A stretch of DNA of 64,000 nucleotides from the human T2T-CHM13v2.0 reference genome, Homo sapiens. The first letter of the stretch is position 1; every line of letters begins with the position of its first letter. The position numbers and the translations under genes were made by a program. Below, piece after piece: positions 1 to 16,498 of this stretch. Location: the NCBI RefSeq assembly GCF_009914755.1, contig NC_060943.1; one strand, given 5' to 3'. The notes under the pieces were generated by a model. The model did no database searches and was not told where the DNA came from. It saw nothing but the letters and a program-made list of their open reading frames with translations.

Positions 1-433
1 TCCCGAGTAGCTAGGAGTAAAGATGTGTGCCACCATGCCCAGCTAATTTTTTTGTATTTTTTGTAGAAATAGGGTTTCACCATGTTGCTTAGGCTAGATT
101 TTGTCTGTTTTTAAATTAAGCTGTTTTTTCTTTTTGTTGGGTTCTTCATATATTCTGAATACAAGCCCTTTGTCAGATATATGATTTGCAGATATTTACC
201 CCTAGTGTGTGGCTTTTCTTTATTTTAACAGTGTCTTTCACAGAGCAAAGTTTAATTTTGATGAGGCATAATTTATCTTCTTTTTTCTTTATGGATTATG
301 TTTTTGGTGTCTAAGAACACTTTGCCTAACCCAAGGTCATGAAGATTTTCTCCAATGTTTTCTTCTAAAGACTTTATAGTTTGATGTTTCACACTCAGGT
401 CAAAAATTCATTTTGCGTTTGTTATTGTTTAAG

Positions 434-786
434 TGTCTTAGTTCATTTGACCACAAACGGGGTAATTTAGAAATAATGGAAGTATATTTCACATCGTTCT
501 CAAGGCTGTGAACTCCAAGATGCAGGTACAAGCATATTGAGTTTCCAGTGAAGCCCCAGTCTGTGCTTCCAAGATGGTGCCTCAAACACTGTGTTCTCAC
601 ATAGCAGAGAGTAGAAGGGTAAAGGGTCTAAGCTAGTTCCTTCCAGCCCTTTTATTAGGCACTAATACATTACTGAGGGTGGAGGCTGCGTGACTTAATC
701 ACTTCACAAGAGATCCCACCTCTTAGTTCCACCACAGTGGGGATTGTCTCAACACATGAATTTTGGGGAACATCCAGAACATAGCA
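434..786 (-). mobile_element. MaLR solo LTR (MST/MLT1A-like) inserted in L1
   Basis: TG...CA termini (tgtcttagttcattt ... acatagca). Flanks ttaag (429-433) and ataag (787-791) form a 5-bp TSD with one mismatch. Confidence 0.75.
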
Positions 787-1103
787 ATAAGGCATGAGAT
801 GTAGGTCAAGGTACATTTATTTGCATATGGATGTCTAATTATTCCAGGACCATTTGATGAAAGCACTGTTCTTCCTCCATTAATTCTGTTTGCACCTTTG
901 TTAAAAATCAATTGATCATATTCATGTGGGTCTATTGTTGGACTCTATATTCTGTTCCATTGATCAATTTGTATATCCTTCGAGAAATATCACATTGTCT
1001 CAATAACTACAGCTTTATAGTGAGAAGTAGTGGGTGTTGCACTTTTGCTCTTTTTTTCTGAAATGTTTTGGTGATTCTACTTCCTTTGCCTTTTCCCACA
1101 AAG

Positions 1104-1390
1104 GGTGTGTGTGTGTTTGTGTGTGTGTGTGTGTTTGAGACAGGGTCTCACTACATCACCCAGGCTGCTAGAATACAGTGGCATCATCTCGGCTCATTGG
1201 ACTCTGCCTCCCAGGTTCAAGCAACTATAGGCATGCACCACCATGCCAGGCTAATTTTTGTAATTTCCGTAGAGGCAGAGGTCTCCCTATAGTGCCAAAA
1301 CTGGTCTTGAACTCCTGGGCTCATGCAATTTGCCTGCCTCGGCCACCCAAAATGTTGGGTTACAGATGTGAGCCACCGCACCTGGCCTCC
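1104..1390 (-). mobile_element. Alu (J-like) with (TG)n microsatellite in place of its A-tail
   Basis: Antisense Alu body 1135-1390 preceded by (GT)n at 1104-1134. Confidence 0.85.
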
Positions 1391-3234
1391 CATAAATTTT
1401 AGAATCACTTTGTCAATATCTGAAAAAAAAAAAAAAAAACCTGCTACACTTTTGATCGGGATTGTGTTGAATGTATATACACCAAGTTAGGGAGAAGTGA
1501 AATTTTAACAATATCAAGTTTTCCAATCCACGTATGTATTATATGTCTACATTTATTTAAGTTTTCTTTGATTTCTTTATTTTTCAAAATTTTTTTGTCT
1601 TCTCCGGGTCAGAGTTGAATTATTTGATTTCTTTAGTTCATGTTTTGTAGTTTTCAGCATACAAATCCTGCATGTGTTTTGTTAGACTTATAGCAAAGCA
1701 TTCCATCTTTTGGTGCTGTTGTAGATGGTACTGTTTTTAAATTTGTTATTCTCAATTTTTTATTGCTACATATAGAAATATAATTGGGTTTTGCATATTG
1801 ACCTTGTTCCTGTGTACTTGCTAAGCTCACTTATAAGTTCTGGGAAGTACTTGTAAATTCCTTGAGATTTTCTATGCAGACCAGCAAATCATATGACAAT
1901 AGAGAAAAATTTATTTCTTTTTGACTTATATGCCTTTTATTTCTTTTTCTTGCTTTATTGCACTGGCTAGGACTTTAGGAACAATGTTTAGCCTATTGAT
2001 ATGGTGAATTACCTTAATTGATTATTTAAAATGTTGAATCAACCTTGAATTCCTAGTATAAACCCAACTTGGTCACCTTGTGTTATCTCTTAAAAATATT
2101 GCTAGATTTAATATGCTAATATTTTGTTGAGGATTTTTGCATCTAAGTTTATGAAGGATGTTGGTCTGCAATTTTCTTTTCTTATACTGTCTTGTTCTGG
2201 CTTTGGCATTAAGGTAATGCTGGTCTCATAAAATTTTCCGGAAGAAATTTTGTAGCATTGTTATTAATTTCTTCCTTTAATGTTTGATAACATTCACCAG
2301 TGAGATCATCCGGCATGGAGCTCTTTGTTGTTGTTGTTGTTGTTGTATGGCTTTTCCATACAAAATAAACTTCTTTAATAGCTATAATGTTTTTCAAGTT
2401 ATCTCTTTTTTCTTAAGAAAGTCTTAATGGTTTATGTTTTTCAAGGAATTGGTTCATTTCATCTAAGTTGTCAAATTCATGGACATAGATTTATTCATAC
2501 TATTTATTTTTTAACGTCTATAGGGTCTATAGTAATATTGCCTCTCATTCCTGATATTAGTAATTTGTGTTTTCTCTCTTTTTTCTTCATCAGTCCAACT
2601 AGAAGTATATCAATTTTATTAATCTTTTCAAAAATCCTGATTTGGGATTTCTTTGCTGTTTTTTAGTTTTCCTATTTTATTTATGTCTACTCCAATTTTT
2701 ATTATTTCCTTTCTTCTAAATACTTTGGACTTAGTTTGTTCTTTTTTATCCCATTTTTTTAAGGTGGAAACTCAGATAATTGATTTGAGGCCTTTTTTCC
2801 ATTCATTGTGGAAGCGTTTACCTTCACCTCCTGGAGAATGGTATAATCATGGGGACATTTGCTCCCAAGACAGAAGTTTGCTCTCTTTATCCATTTTCTC
2901 AGAATAAAAGACCTACCCGCTTCTGTCTTCCAAGGATTATAAGCAAGGAGGTTTTATGGGGCGTTTATGAAGATGCTGCTGGAGTTTGTCTTAAGAAACA
3001 GGAATAAAATGCATCATGAAAAAGATGGTGATTTTTATGTCTCAAGAAAACATCCCTAAGATGTGAAAAGAAGACGTATGAAAGCTCTCCCATCACTTCA
3101 GCTGGAGAGGAGACAGTGAGGGTTGGGGCAACAGAAAGCAAAGTGGGGAGGAACAAAGGTGGGGGATCTAGAGACTTAAAAGCTGCCTAGAGATTGGAGT
3201 CTTGAGTGATAGGAGAAGTACCCACTGGTGTCTG

Positions 3235-3647
3235 TGTCTTAGTCAAGGTCTTCCTAGAAGCAGACACCAAGACAGATGGACTTGGGGACATCAGTGAAGG
3301 ATAAAGAAGAGGTAGTCAGAAAAGATGGAGAGACCCTTCAGATGACTTTGCCAGCCTGACACCAGGAGAAAGGAAGAAGAGTCTCAAACTGCAGTACAGT
3401 TCCAAGAAAGTGTCAGTCAGGCCAGTGGGGAATCCCTGAGTCAAGGTAACCCAAGGTCCCACATCTCACAAAGATGGACCAGTCTCAGCACCCATCATGC
3501 TCAGACATTGACTGGCAGCAGCCTGGAGGAAGTTGGGCGCTGGCACTAACACAGTGGTAGGTCCCCAAAGAGAGCATGTGGGGCTATCAGTCAACCACAC
3601 TCTCACAGCAGAAGGGTGAGCCATGCATTTTCATGGCTGCCACCACA
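3235..3647 (-). mobile_element. ERVL LTR16C-like solo LTR
   Basis: tgtcttagtc...cagaagcagacac start, ctgcagtacagttccaagaaagt...ggggaatccctgagtcaagg core, catttt catggctgccaccaca end resemble remembered LTR16C consensus. Confidence 0.6.
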
Positions 3648-4031
3648 GTATGGGGACAGGGAACAGTGTGGGGGTAAAAAGCCTAATAATGCATGCTCTC
3701 CTTTGTCCTGAGCTGCTCAACCCAACCCCAACTCCAGGGGCACTCTGGAAAAGGCACCTGGGCCCCTGCTTCGGGAAAAAGAGGAAACATCATGAGAGGG
3801 CACCTCCTGCAGGAACTGCAAATGCAAGGCAAACTTGTCAGCCTCCAGAGGCCTCAGGGAGGGCAGCCAAGGTGGGTGACAGCAGGGAGCCGGGGGCTGT
3901 GCAGGAGCAGGATGGGCACATCCTCTAAGAGCACTCAAGCTCAGATTTTTGGGTAGGGGGGCTTTTATCCTATTTTATTTTATTGATGTATAATATACAT
4001 ACAATAAAGTGCACGAATCTTATGTGTATAG

Positions 4032-5005
<974 letters not shown>

Positions 5006-5094
5006 TAGGTTATTGTTATCATCATCATCATCACCACCACCACTGTTAGGATGCACAAATGCAAAAGGTACAAAATTCAAAAGACAGAACACGA

Positions 5095-5825
5095 TGTATG
5101 AGTTATCGGTTGCTGCCTAACAAATTACCTCAAAATGTAGTGTCTTGAAGCCTGGGCAACATAGTAAGACGCTAAGACACTGTCTCTACAAAAAGTAAAA
5201 CCAGCCAGGTGTGGGGGCATGCACCTGTCATCCCAGCTACTCAGGAGGCTGAGGTGGGAGGATCACTTGAGCCCAAGAGTTTGAGGCTGCACATGAGCCA
5301 TGATTGCACCACTACAGTCCATCCTGGGTGACAGAGCAATACCCTGTCTTTAAAAAGAAAAAAAAACTAGTTGGTGGCTTGAAACAATACATACTTATAC
5401 GGTATCACAGGGCTTCTGCAGGGCAGGAGCCAGGGAATGGCCCAGCTGGATGGCTCTGCCTCTAGGTCTCCCATGAGGTTGCAGCTAAGATGCTGGTCTA
5501 AGCCATGATCACCTCAAGGCTTTCTGGGGCTGAACAGTCTTCCAAGAGTCTTCCTCACCCCTAGCAAGGGGTTGGTCGCTGTTGGCTGGAGGCCTCAGTG
5601 TCTCCCATGGGCTTCTCCGGAGGGCTGCATGGACCTCTTCATGACTCAGCAGCCAGCTTCCCCTGGAGTGAGTGATCCTAGGAAGCAAGGCAGAGGCCAC
5701 AATGTTCTTTATGACCTAGACCTGGAAGCCACGCTCTGTCATTTCCACAGTATCCTGTTGGTTACAGAGGTAAATCCTATTCCCTGTGGAAGAGAACTAT
5801 ACCAGGGCGTGAATACCACAAGGGT
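5095..5825 (-). mobile_element. MLT1 (MLT1F-like) LTR interrupted by a partial Alu (5150-5366)
   Basis: ttgctgcctaacaaattacctcaaaatgtagtg...cttgaaacaa and ctgtcatttccacagtatcctgttggttacagagg motifs typical of MLT1. Confidence 0.7.
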
Positions 5826-6350
<525 letters not shown>

Positions 6351-6566
6351 CTATGCGTCCACTTGTATACCTTACTTTTTTTTACTCAGTATATCCTAGA
6401 AATCCTTGCATTTCAGGACATAAAGACCTGCCTTATTTCCTGAAACTGTGGGAAGCCATTCCATTGTATGAATGACTCGTAATTTCTTTGGCCGGCCCCT
6501 GTCAGTGGATATTTGGGCTGCTCCCTGCATTTCCCTACTGTAAGCAATGCCACAATAAATGAATGA

Positions 6567-7252
<686 letters not shown>

Positions 7253-7431
7253 AAGTCTGCACATTTTAAAATTTGATCGATGTTGCCACATTGCCCCCCA
7301 TGAAGGTTGGTTGTAAAAATTTATGCTCTCACCAGCAAGAAAATGGATTTATGAAGGCTTGGGTGGTAATGGCCAAAATGTAGGGCATTCCCTGGGCAGT
7401 TCAGTAAGTAATTAAAAATGGAATATCACCT

Positions 7432-7745
7432 GTCCGGGTGCAGTGGCTCATGTCTGTAATCCCAGCACTTTGGGAGGCCAAGGCAGGAGGATCACTTGAG
7501 ACCAGGAGTTTGAGACCAGCCTAGGCAACATAGCAAGACCTGTATCTCAATAAAAAATTTAAAAATTAGCTGGGAGTAGTGGCGTGCACCTGAAGTCCCA
7601 ACTACTCAAGAGGCTGAGGCAGGAGGATTACTTGAGCCCAGAAGTTCAAGACTGCAGTGAGCTATGATTGCACCACTGTAAGCCAGCCTGAGCAACCAAG
7701 CGAGTCCCTGTCTCAATAAAATAAATTTTAAAACGAATAAAAAGT
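7432..7745 (+). mobile_element. Alu (J-like)
   Basis: Dimeric body with TSD atggaatatcacc on both flanks. Confidence 0.9.
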
Positions 7746-8346
7746 AACATGGAATATCACCCATCCCTGTTCTTTGAAGCCTTTCCCAGCCCCATTCCAC
7801 AACCAGAGAGCCTCCCTGGCCCTCTCTCACGCCATGTGCTGGACTTTTTCTCTCTCTGGCTTGCTTGTTCCTGGCCCCTGGAATTTCTGTTCTTGCCTTA
7901 AATGCAGCAAGTGAGGAGGTATTTGCCAGCCAGACCCCAAAGGCTGACACTGAAATGCCAAATGGTTCTCCAAGATGTGTCATCCAACCAAGACAGCTTC
8001 TCCTGCACAGACCCCTGCCCTCTACTCGGGGTGGGCAGCCTTCTCTCCTCATGGATAAATATGACGTGTTCATGGGTTTGCCCCAATGGACTGTGAGCTC
8101 CCCAAGGGTAGAGGCAGTGCCACATTCATCCCTGGATCCACTGCCTGGGTAGTGGCACAAAGAGGGATCCAGTAATTGCTGAATGAATGAATGAATGACC
8201 CAGACAGAACTTTGTCAAACCAGTGCTGTCAAAAGCCTCTTGGATGTACTCCATTGACATTAGGTGGGTCTAATACTCTCAGGTTATATTGGCATGCAAC
8301 ATTTATTTCACATCTCGAAGGCATTTTTCAAAAAGCATTGCTTCTG

Positions 8347-8840
<494 letters not shown>

Positions 8841-9134
8841 GAAAAGAATAAACAGGCAGACGGGCAGGGCAAGTGGGTGCGGGGGCGTCAGTGTCATCTC
8901 ATGGTTCCGTAGAGTCGAGATTATCTCAGCTTCAAATCCAAGGCCCCTGCAGCAAGCCCGCCCTCAAGATTCTCTTTTGAAGTCACAGTTTGCCAAACAT
9001 CTCTGGGTTTCCTCCTTTAAAACTAATCTTCTTAACCATTTCAGTAAAAATCTTTTCAAAATGCCCCACATTTTATGGCTTTGAGACTCAGTGTCTTTAG
9101 TATGTTACGGTATCTATAAAGAAAGCAGCATTTA

Positions 9135-9605
<471 letters not shown>

Positions 9606-9796
9606 TTAAAAAGAACACAGCATGTAGTAGTTTGGGAATCAGACAAATTTAGGGTCAGTTTGAGGATCTACCCAAGCTAAACAGTAGGACCTCTGTTTCC
9701 TTTGTTTTTCTTTAATTTGTTTTCCCAATTTTTTGTTTTGGAAACTTTCAAATCAATAGAATAGTTATAAGAAAAGTTCAACGAATAGCCAGAGAT

Positions 9797-10087
9797 CAGG
9801 GACTGGTAAACTTCAGCCCACATCCTGGTTTTGTATGAGCTAAGAATGGTTTTTAACTTTTTCAAATGGTTGGAAAAAAATTTTTAAAGAATTTTTCATA
9901 ACACACGAAAATTACATGAAATTCAAATATCAGTGTCCATGACGTTAACTCTCTTGTTTAAGTATTGTTTGTGGCTGCTTTTGCTTTGCAACAGTGAAGT
10001 TCAATAGTTGCCGTAGAGATCCTGGCTCTCAAAGCCCAAAGTACTTAACATTTGGCCCTTTACAGAAAAAGATTGGAGACTCCTGAC
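9797..10087. mobile_element. MER58B-like hAT-Charlie element
   Basis: cagggactggtaaactt ... tttacagaaaaagattggagactcctg termini, and internal gagctaagaatggttttta. Confidence 0.65.
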
Positions 10088-12502
10088 CCCAATTTACCAA
10101 TTGCTAATATTCTGCCTCCTTTGTTTTCTCTCTCTCTTGCTGGAATGTTTGTGTTCATCCTTAAATACTTCAGTGCCTATTTCAGTTTCTTATACTGAAA
10201 GCTGGGAATGACAGCTTTAGTGTGGGAAGAGATAAGATAACATAAAATGTTTAGCACACAGTGCTTGGCCTGTAGACAGAACTTAATAAACGATCCAAAA
10301 AAAATTCCTGGCATTGAGCACAGAGGTGGTTGCCAGAATCCCTAACCTGAAAATGCCGAGCCCCACTGCTTTTCTGAAACCCGGGTTCCCGCAGTCTGGA
10401 AGCCAGCTTTTCCTCCAAAAGGGCTTCTTTCCTGAGAAGTAGCAAACGCCTCGGAGAAACCTCATTCTTTCCACAGCTATGTGGCTTGGCTGACTCAACT
10501 TCTGCCTGCCCCTGAGTCACGAGTTTTTCCTCTCTTATTTGGAGGAGCGAGGCCCTCCACCCTCCACCCAGCTGTCCCCACGCACAGCCAGCCCCGCTGG
10601 GAAGTGGATGGACAGCTGGGAGATCAGTGCGTGCTGCCTCCAGGGCGTTTCTTGGAGCGCCATTCAGATCCATAGCTGGAAGGAAGGACAGAAGAGGAGA
10701 CTGAGGTCCAAGTGGGCCCTGGACCACCAGCAGGACAAGGCTAGGAGGAACATCCTCCCTCTAGTTTCCCAGTCATGAAAAGGCTTCCTTCTCCCGAGGC
10801 CTCCTCTGTACGGACAAGGTGTTAGATGCCAGGACACTGTTATAAAGAGACAGCCCTGCCTTCCCAGGGGACTGGCTCCCTTCCAAGTCTCACAGCCACC
10901 TCCACCCCAGCCAGGGCCTACCCTCCATGAGAAGCAGCTCCTTGCCAGGGAGGTGGCGGAGCTGGCACTGAGCAGTCATGGATCGCAGCCTTGAAGGCTC
11001 AGCTTGAAGTCCCCCTCCACCCGCTGGTGACAAGCAGTGTGTACACAGGAGATGGTGTTTCCCAGCATCCCAATGGCCCCACTGACCCTCCTGGTTATTA
11101 CTCTGCCTGTGGGATCTCAGACCTTGTGTTTTCTGCTCTCTGTGGTATAGAGGCCTGGCTGCCCCTTCAGGACTTGTAAACCCAAACGTATATTCATCTG
11201 GAGGTGCAAAAGGGGGTAAAGTGCCCCAAGGGGGAAACCAGAGGGAGTGTGGGGACCATAGTGGAGGGGAGAACACAGGGCCCCTCTAAAGAGGACCCGC
11301 ATTCTCAAATCTTCTGATTTAAGAGAAGCTGAAGATCCTGATTTTTATGTGAACTCTCCCCATATGAAATGTTCACAGCAATGCATTTTAAAAATGTTTA
11401 AACACTTTGAAAGCAAACAGACATTATTCGGGTCTTGTGGGGTTCAGGGTTACTTACCAGGCGGTGACTTCTGTTGAATGCTCATAAAAGCTGTCCTTGC
11501 TGATGAGGGCAACGGTAGTGGGTGGGCGCCATGAAGTGGTAGTGGGGAGGGGGCTCCCCAAGGCCACAGCTGGTGGCCCTCTCACTTGCCTGTCCCCTCT
11601 CCCTCCCCCTCCGTCACCCCCTTTCCCTTCCCTTCTCAGCTGGGAGAGGACCGTCTCCAGCACTGGGCCCACCTCACAGCCTCGCCCATAGCCCCCTGCC
11701 AAGAGAGCAGGCACCTCTTCTAGCTCCAGCCCCACAGCCCTACAGCCCATCAGCCCTCCCCCCGCTGCTCCCCTCTCACCTGGTCCTGGCCCAGCAGGCC
11801 TGCCCCGGCCTGAGCCACCCCTCTCAGGGTGCCCAGGTGGAGTTCTATTTGGCAAGACAACCTGCATGTATGTGACAGGTAGGGACTGCGTTCCTCCTAT
11901 GCGCTGCCCGTTCTCAGCACTCGGGATGCAGGGGTGAACCAGAAGAAAGTCCTGTCTGAACACGAGAAGAAATTACTGTCTAGCCCGTGGGGCTCACAGC
12001 CTGGGTGGGAGGCAAGCCACCAGCATGACTTGTTTATGAGCATTCCACAGAAGCCACAGCCTGGTAGGCAGCCCTGAATCCCACGAGCGGCCTCAGGAGA
12101 GGACTCTGGGTTGGGAGATGCTTTGCAAAATTACAAACACGGGTGACTGTGGAGGGAGATGGGGTGGAGACAGGGAACCGCTTTGGGTGGCCAGGGCAGC
12201 CTCCCTGAGGAGGTGACAGTTTGAGGTCTGATGGAGGTAGAAGCAAAGGCCTGAGGCTTTAAGGAACAGGAAGAAGCCCATTTGAGAGGACCTGTGGGGA
12301 GGAGGCCAGGGAGGGCCAGGAAGGCCTCCGGGCACTGAGGCCTGGGAATTTCCTTCTGAGCCGCGCAGGAGGCTCAGGTGCGGTTGAGTCAGGGGTGACA
12401 TAACTTGCTGCTAGTGTTGGACCTGGGTGACGGGCACCAGGGTCCCCTGGACTATTCTCTTTCCTTCAGTTTGAAATTTTCCACTATAAAAAGCTTAAAA
12501 TA

Positions 12503-12766
12503 GGCCAGGTGCGGTGGCTCACTACTGAAATCCCAGCACTTTAGGAGGTCAAGGCGAGAGGATGGCTTGAGCTAAGGGGTTCGAGACCAGCCTGGGCAAC
12601 ATAGTGAGACCTCCGTCTGTACAAAAATACAAAAACTAGCCGGTCCTGGTGGGCTAATTCTCCTGGGGTCAGGATGATTTCTGTGCAGGCTGCAGTGAGC
12701 CGTGACCGCGCCATTGCACTCCAGCCTGGGCGACAGAGGGAGACACCGTCTCAAAAAAAAAAAAAG
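12503..12766 (+). mobile_element. Internally deleted Alu at the edge of the PLEKHF1 CpG island
   Basis: Alu arms with A-tail at 12753-12765. Confidence 0.85.
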
Positions 12767-12879
12767 GTTATAAAGTGCTGCTGCATTTTCATATTACGAT
12801 TATTGACCGCTGAGGGTGACTGTGCTGTGAGGCCCGCCGGAGGCACCAGAAGGCACAAGCCTCCCACTGCCCCTTTCCC

Positions 12880-13730
12880 CGCCAAGTCCCGCAGGTCTCG
12901 CAGTCGCGGGCGCCCCCACCCCACCCCTGCCCAAGGCCAGGGTCGCAGTCCCACCGGGTGACGGCAGTCGCGCTCCGCGTGGGGCAGCGGCGAGCGGAAA
13001 GGGAAGCCGGGCGGGGCCAGGGGGTCAAACACGGGCGACAGTCCCGCCCAGCCCCGGACCTGCAGCGCGCACAAGCTCGGGCGCCCTCCGAGCGCCGCGC
13101 CCAAGCCCCGCCCCTCCCGCTTCCCGGGCTCCGATTGGCCGAGCCACCGCGGGGGCGTGTCCGGCGGAGCTGGCCGGGACCCGGGCGGAGCGGGCGGGGA
13201 CCCGGGCTACTGCGGTGTGGACTCGAGGGCTGGGCGCGGGGCCGGCGCAGAAGGTGAGTCCCCCCACCGTCCCCCGGCCGGGCTGCGGGTCGCGGGGCAG
13301 GCGCATGAGGCGAGTCTCCCATCACCACCCCCGGACAAGCGAGCTCTCTCCCGCCGCGCGGTCTTGGCGGCTCCTGGGCCGGCGGGGCGCAGTGCCGCTG
13401 ACTCCAGCCCAAGAAGAGGCCTGGGAAGGGCGCTCCTGGGCGGCTTGCGGGGTGAACCTGCAGGGAGCCTGGGGAGAGCGGTCAGGGGTCAGAGCGTCCG
13501 AGGCGGAATCCCCGGGGAAACGCGCAGATGTAAGCTGGTGGAGGTAAGGGGGTCGCGGGCCACCCGGGACTGCAGGGGTCTCAGCGCACCCGGTCGCTGG
13601 TGGTGTTTCCGGGATCCTGGCCTCGTGTGGCCGCCGGGACCTCTCTTCTCAGCCCCAGTCTGCAGTCTGGAGGCCTGGATGGGACCACTGTCCCCCTGGG
13701 CAGGGGCGCGGCGGGGGGCGCTGGGGTCCC
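12880..13730. promoter_or_regulatory. PLEKHF1: PLEKHF1 CpG-island promoter (TATA-less; GC boxes, inverted CCAAT)
   Basis: Very high CpG density. CCCCGCCCC at 13106-13114, ATTGG at 13134-13138, GGGCGGGG at 13192-13199. Confidence 0.85.
13170..13253 (+). other. PLEKHF1: PLEKHF1 non-coding exon 1 (5' end approximate)
   Basis: Consensus donor AAG|GTGAGT (intron starts 13254) just downstream of the CCAAT/GC boxes. Confidence 0.75.
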
Positions 13731-15580
13731 AGTTCCTCTGGAGCAGTTGAGTTTGTGATTCTTGGTGGGAGCTGCCAAGGGAAACAGGGTCGGGCACTGC
13801 TCCCATCTCAGAGAGGAAACTATTGAGCAGGCCCGCAGAGAGAGGCGGCCTGGAATCTCCCTCCTTTCTCGTTTCCCCAACACCTGGCGGGCCGTGTAGG
13901 GCAGAGGTGTGGTCAGCCTCTTTGCAGGTGGGAAAGCAGAGAGGTTCCGAGCCACGCTGAAACTTGATCTCTGCAGCCCAAGGGGAGCACTCCTTTGGAA
14001 TTTGAACACCTCTGGTATCTCCTGGCCAGAGAGGGTCAGAGGCCAAGGAGGTGGGGAGGTAGTCCCCTAATGCGCTGGGATCGTCCCTCTGCACAGCGTC
14101 GTTCCCACTGGAGTCTGTTGTGAGCTGAGATGACTCTCTGACTTCGGCCTGCGTCCCTGCACACGTCAGCCCTCCGGGCTGCCAAAACACAGGCCAGGCA
14201 GCCCTGGGTGAACTAGGGGACCTGCCCAACCCAGCCCACCCCGAGGAAGGAAGGGGGATTGGCCAGTGTGGCCTGGAGGGTGGGACAGCCCAGCCAAGCT
14301 GACGGACCTGCTCGGGATGGGGTGGGCATCAGGCATTTGGAGCGCAGGCAACACCCGCTGGACTCTGACTTCTGGAGTTCTGATTTGGTCTCTGGTTGAG
14401 TGCAGCTTTCCACAGCTCATGGTTATTTTGGAGCCGAGCTTCCTGATCACTCAGCAGGGACCTTGGGCAGTGACTTTGATGTGGTGGAAGTACCTTCCCC
14501 AAGGGGGCTTTTGTGAGGATTAAGTGAAATAATGAACGTAATATGCTTAACTTTGTGCCTGGTGAGCTCTAAGTGCTCAGTCGGCGGCACTTCCAGTTTT
14601 GTTTTGCTTTGTTTTTCATTACCGGTCTCTTCCCGGAGGAGGGCCTTCCAGGAATCACAGGGCTGGACAGAGCCCAGGGGCGGCCCCTCTGGAGGGAGAG
14701 GAGGCTTGGCGCCTGATGCTGCAGTCTCAATGCACATGGAGAAAACCTCACATCCTCACGCTGGCCTGGGAGCCTGCAGGATGTCTCCTGCCGGCACTGC
14801 AACCTCATCTGTCCTCCTTGCCCCATCGCTCCTTCCTCCGCAGCCTGACTTCACCCATTCCACCTTGAGCTGCTCCCCAGGACCGGAGCTCTGCCCCTAG
14901 ATCTTTGCACAGCTGACTTCAGGCTGGAGTGAGTTCACTTCCTCCCAAGGCCTTCCTTCCTCGACCTCCACCGTCCTCCCAGGCCCTGCCCTGCTGGGCG
15001 CACCAGTCTTTTTCTTCACAGTGTTTAGCACTGGCTCTCAGAAAAGACCCTGTGAATGTACTTCTAGTCTCACTGGCAAGAAGTGTGCATTCCTGAAGGG
15101 CCTGGTCTCCAGCTCCCGGCTGTAACCTCGCACAGTGTCTGGCACACAGTGGGACTCATAAATATTTGGAAAATGAAATCAGGCAGGCATGGAAGCAGGG
15201 TGGGTCTGCGTGCGGCCCAGGTCCCTGCAGGGAAGGAGGAGCCCCGATCTGGAAGTCAAGGGAAAGTCCAAAGGGCTGAGCTGCCCCCAGAACTCTGATT
15301 CCCTTGGTGACCCTGGCCCTGCACGTCCCTGAGCAGGTTCTCCACGTGTAACCCGAGGCAGAGCAGTTACAGCCCCCACCCCATCCCCCACCGCTGCCCA
15401 GCTCCTACTTTCCAGGGCTACCATCTTGGGGCCCCACGCATCTCTCATTTATCCAAAATGCTGTGTCCGGAGTAGGAGAGAGGACAGGACGACTCCCGTC
15501 AGGACAGTACCTTGTGTGGCCTGTTCAGCGTGCCCTGCAGTGTGTGCATTATACATTTTACAATGTGGCATGGTGTAGAT

Positions 15581-15735
15581 CAGGGGTTGGCTAACCTTTT
15601 CTCTCAAGAGCTGGTAGCAAATAGTTTAGGTTTTGCCAGCCATACAGCCTCTGTCCCACATGGCTGTGTTTGAATAAAACTGGATTTAGAAAAGCTGGCA
15701 GTGGCCCAGATTTGGTGTAGCTCTCCAGCCCCTGC
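15581..15735. mobile_element. MER58A-like element (a second copy lies at ~19925-20152)
   Basis: caggggttggctaacctttt ... ccagcccctg terminal inverted repeats, aaatagtttaggttttgc internal motif. Confidence 0.65.
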
Positions 15736-16185
15736 TGTTGATCACGTATCACACCTGGGCTGCCACATACAGAACCTGGCTTCATGGCTTCTGCAGCCAC
15801 ACGGGGGCTCTCAGGATGTGGCTCCCAAGCCGCAGTGCTCACATGAGCACCTCCAGCCCCTGTGCAGGCAGCAGGATTGCTGAGCCTGAGAGCCCCCACC
15901 CCTCTGAACCCTCAAAGAAAGATGCAGGTCTGTTCGTTGCCTGGTCTCCCAGGCTTACTGAGCCTGCGCTGGGGTCACCCCTCTACCAGCAGCCCTGGGG
16001 CCACACTGGGGCCAATACAGGCACTCAGGGCCCAGAGGCTGCCAGGAAGCTCTGTCACCAACATCTTCCCGAGGCAGGCCGGCCCCAAATGAGTAAGGAC
16101 AGGGCTCAGCTTTTTCCTCCCCTGTGCTAAGCAAGGGAGGTTCACTTCCCTAGTGAGAACAATTAAAAAAAAAAAAAGGATTCCC

Positions 16186-16498
16186 AGCTGGGCTCAGTGG
16201 CTCATACCTGCTATCCCAGCACTTTGGGAGGCTGAGGAGGGAGGATTGCTTGAGGCCAGGAGTTCAAGACCTATCTAAGCAACAGAGTGAACCCTCGCCT
16301 CTAAAACAAATTTAAAAATTAGCCAGGCATGTTGGTGCATGCCTGTGGTCCCAGCTACTCAGGAGGCTGAGGCGGGAGGCTTTCTTGAGCCCTGGAGTTC
16401 GAGGCTGCAGTTAGCCCTGATTGTGCCACTGTACTTCAGCCTGGGCAACAAAGCAAGACAATGTCTCAGAAAAAAAAAAAAAAGAAAGAAAGAAAAAA
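16186..16498 (+). mobile_element. Alu (J-like), PLEKHF1 intron
   Basis: Dimeric body with A-tail. Confidence 0.9.

Larger units (their letters stand above)
105..2790 (-). mobile_element. Old L1M (L1MB/MC-like) fragments, antisense, interrupted by a MaLR LTR and an Alu
   Basis: T-rich sequence with typical antisense L1 ORF2/3' phrases (e.g. tttgtcagatatatgatttgcagatattt, ttttgttgaggatttttgcatcta). No intact ORF. Confidence 0.8.

Noticed and set aside
12750-14230. Long Pro/Arg/Gly-rich ORFs in both CpG islands (also 62579-63607)
   Set aside because: Stop-codon scarcity in very GC-rich DNA.
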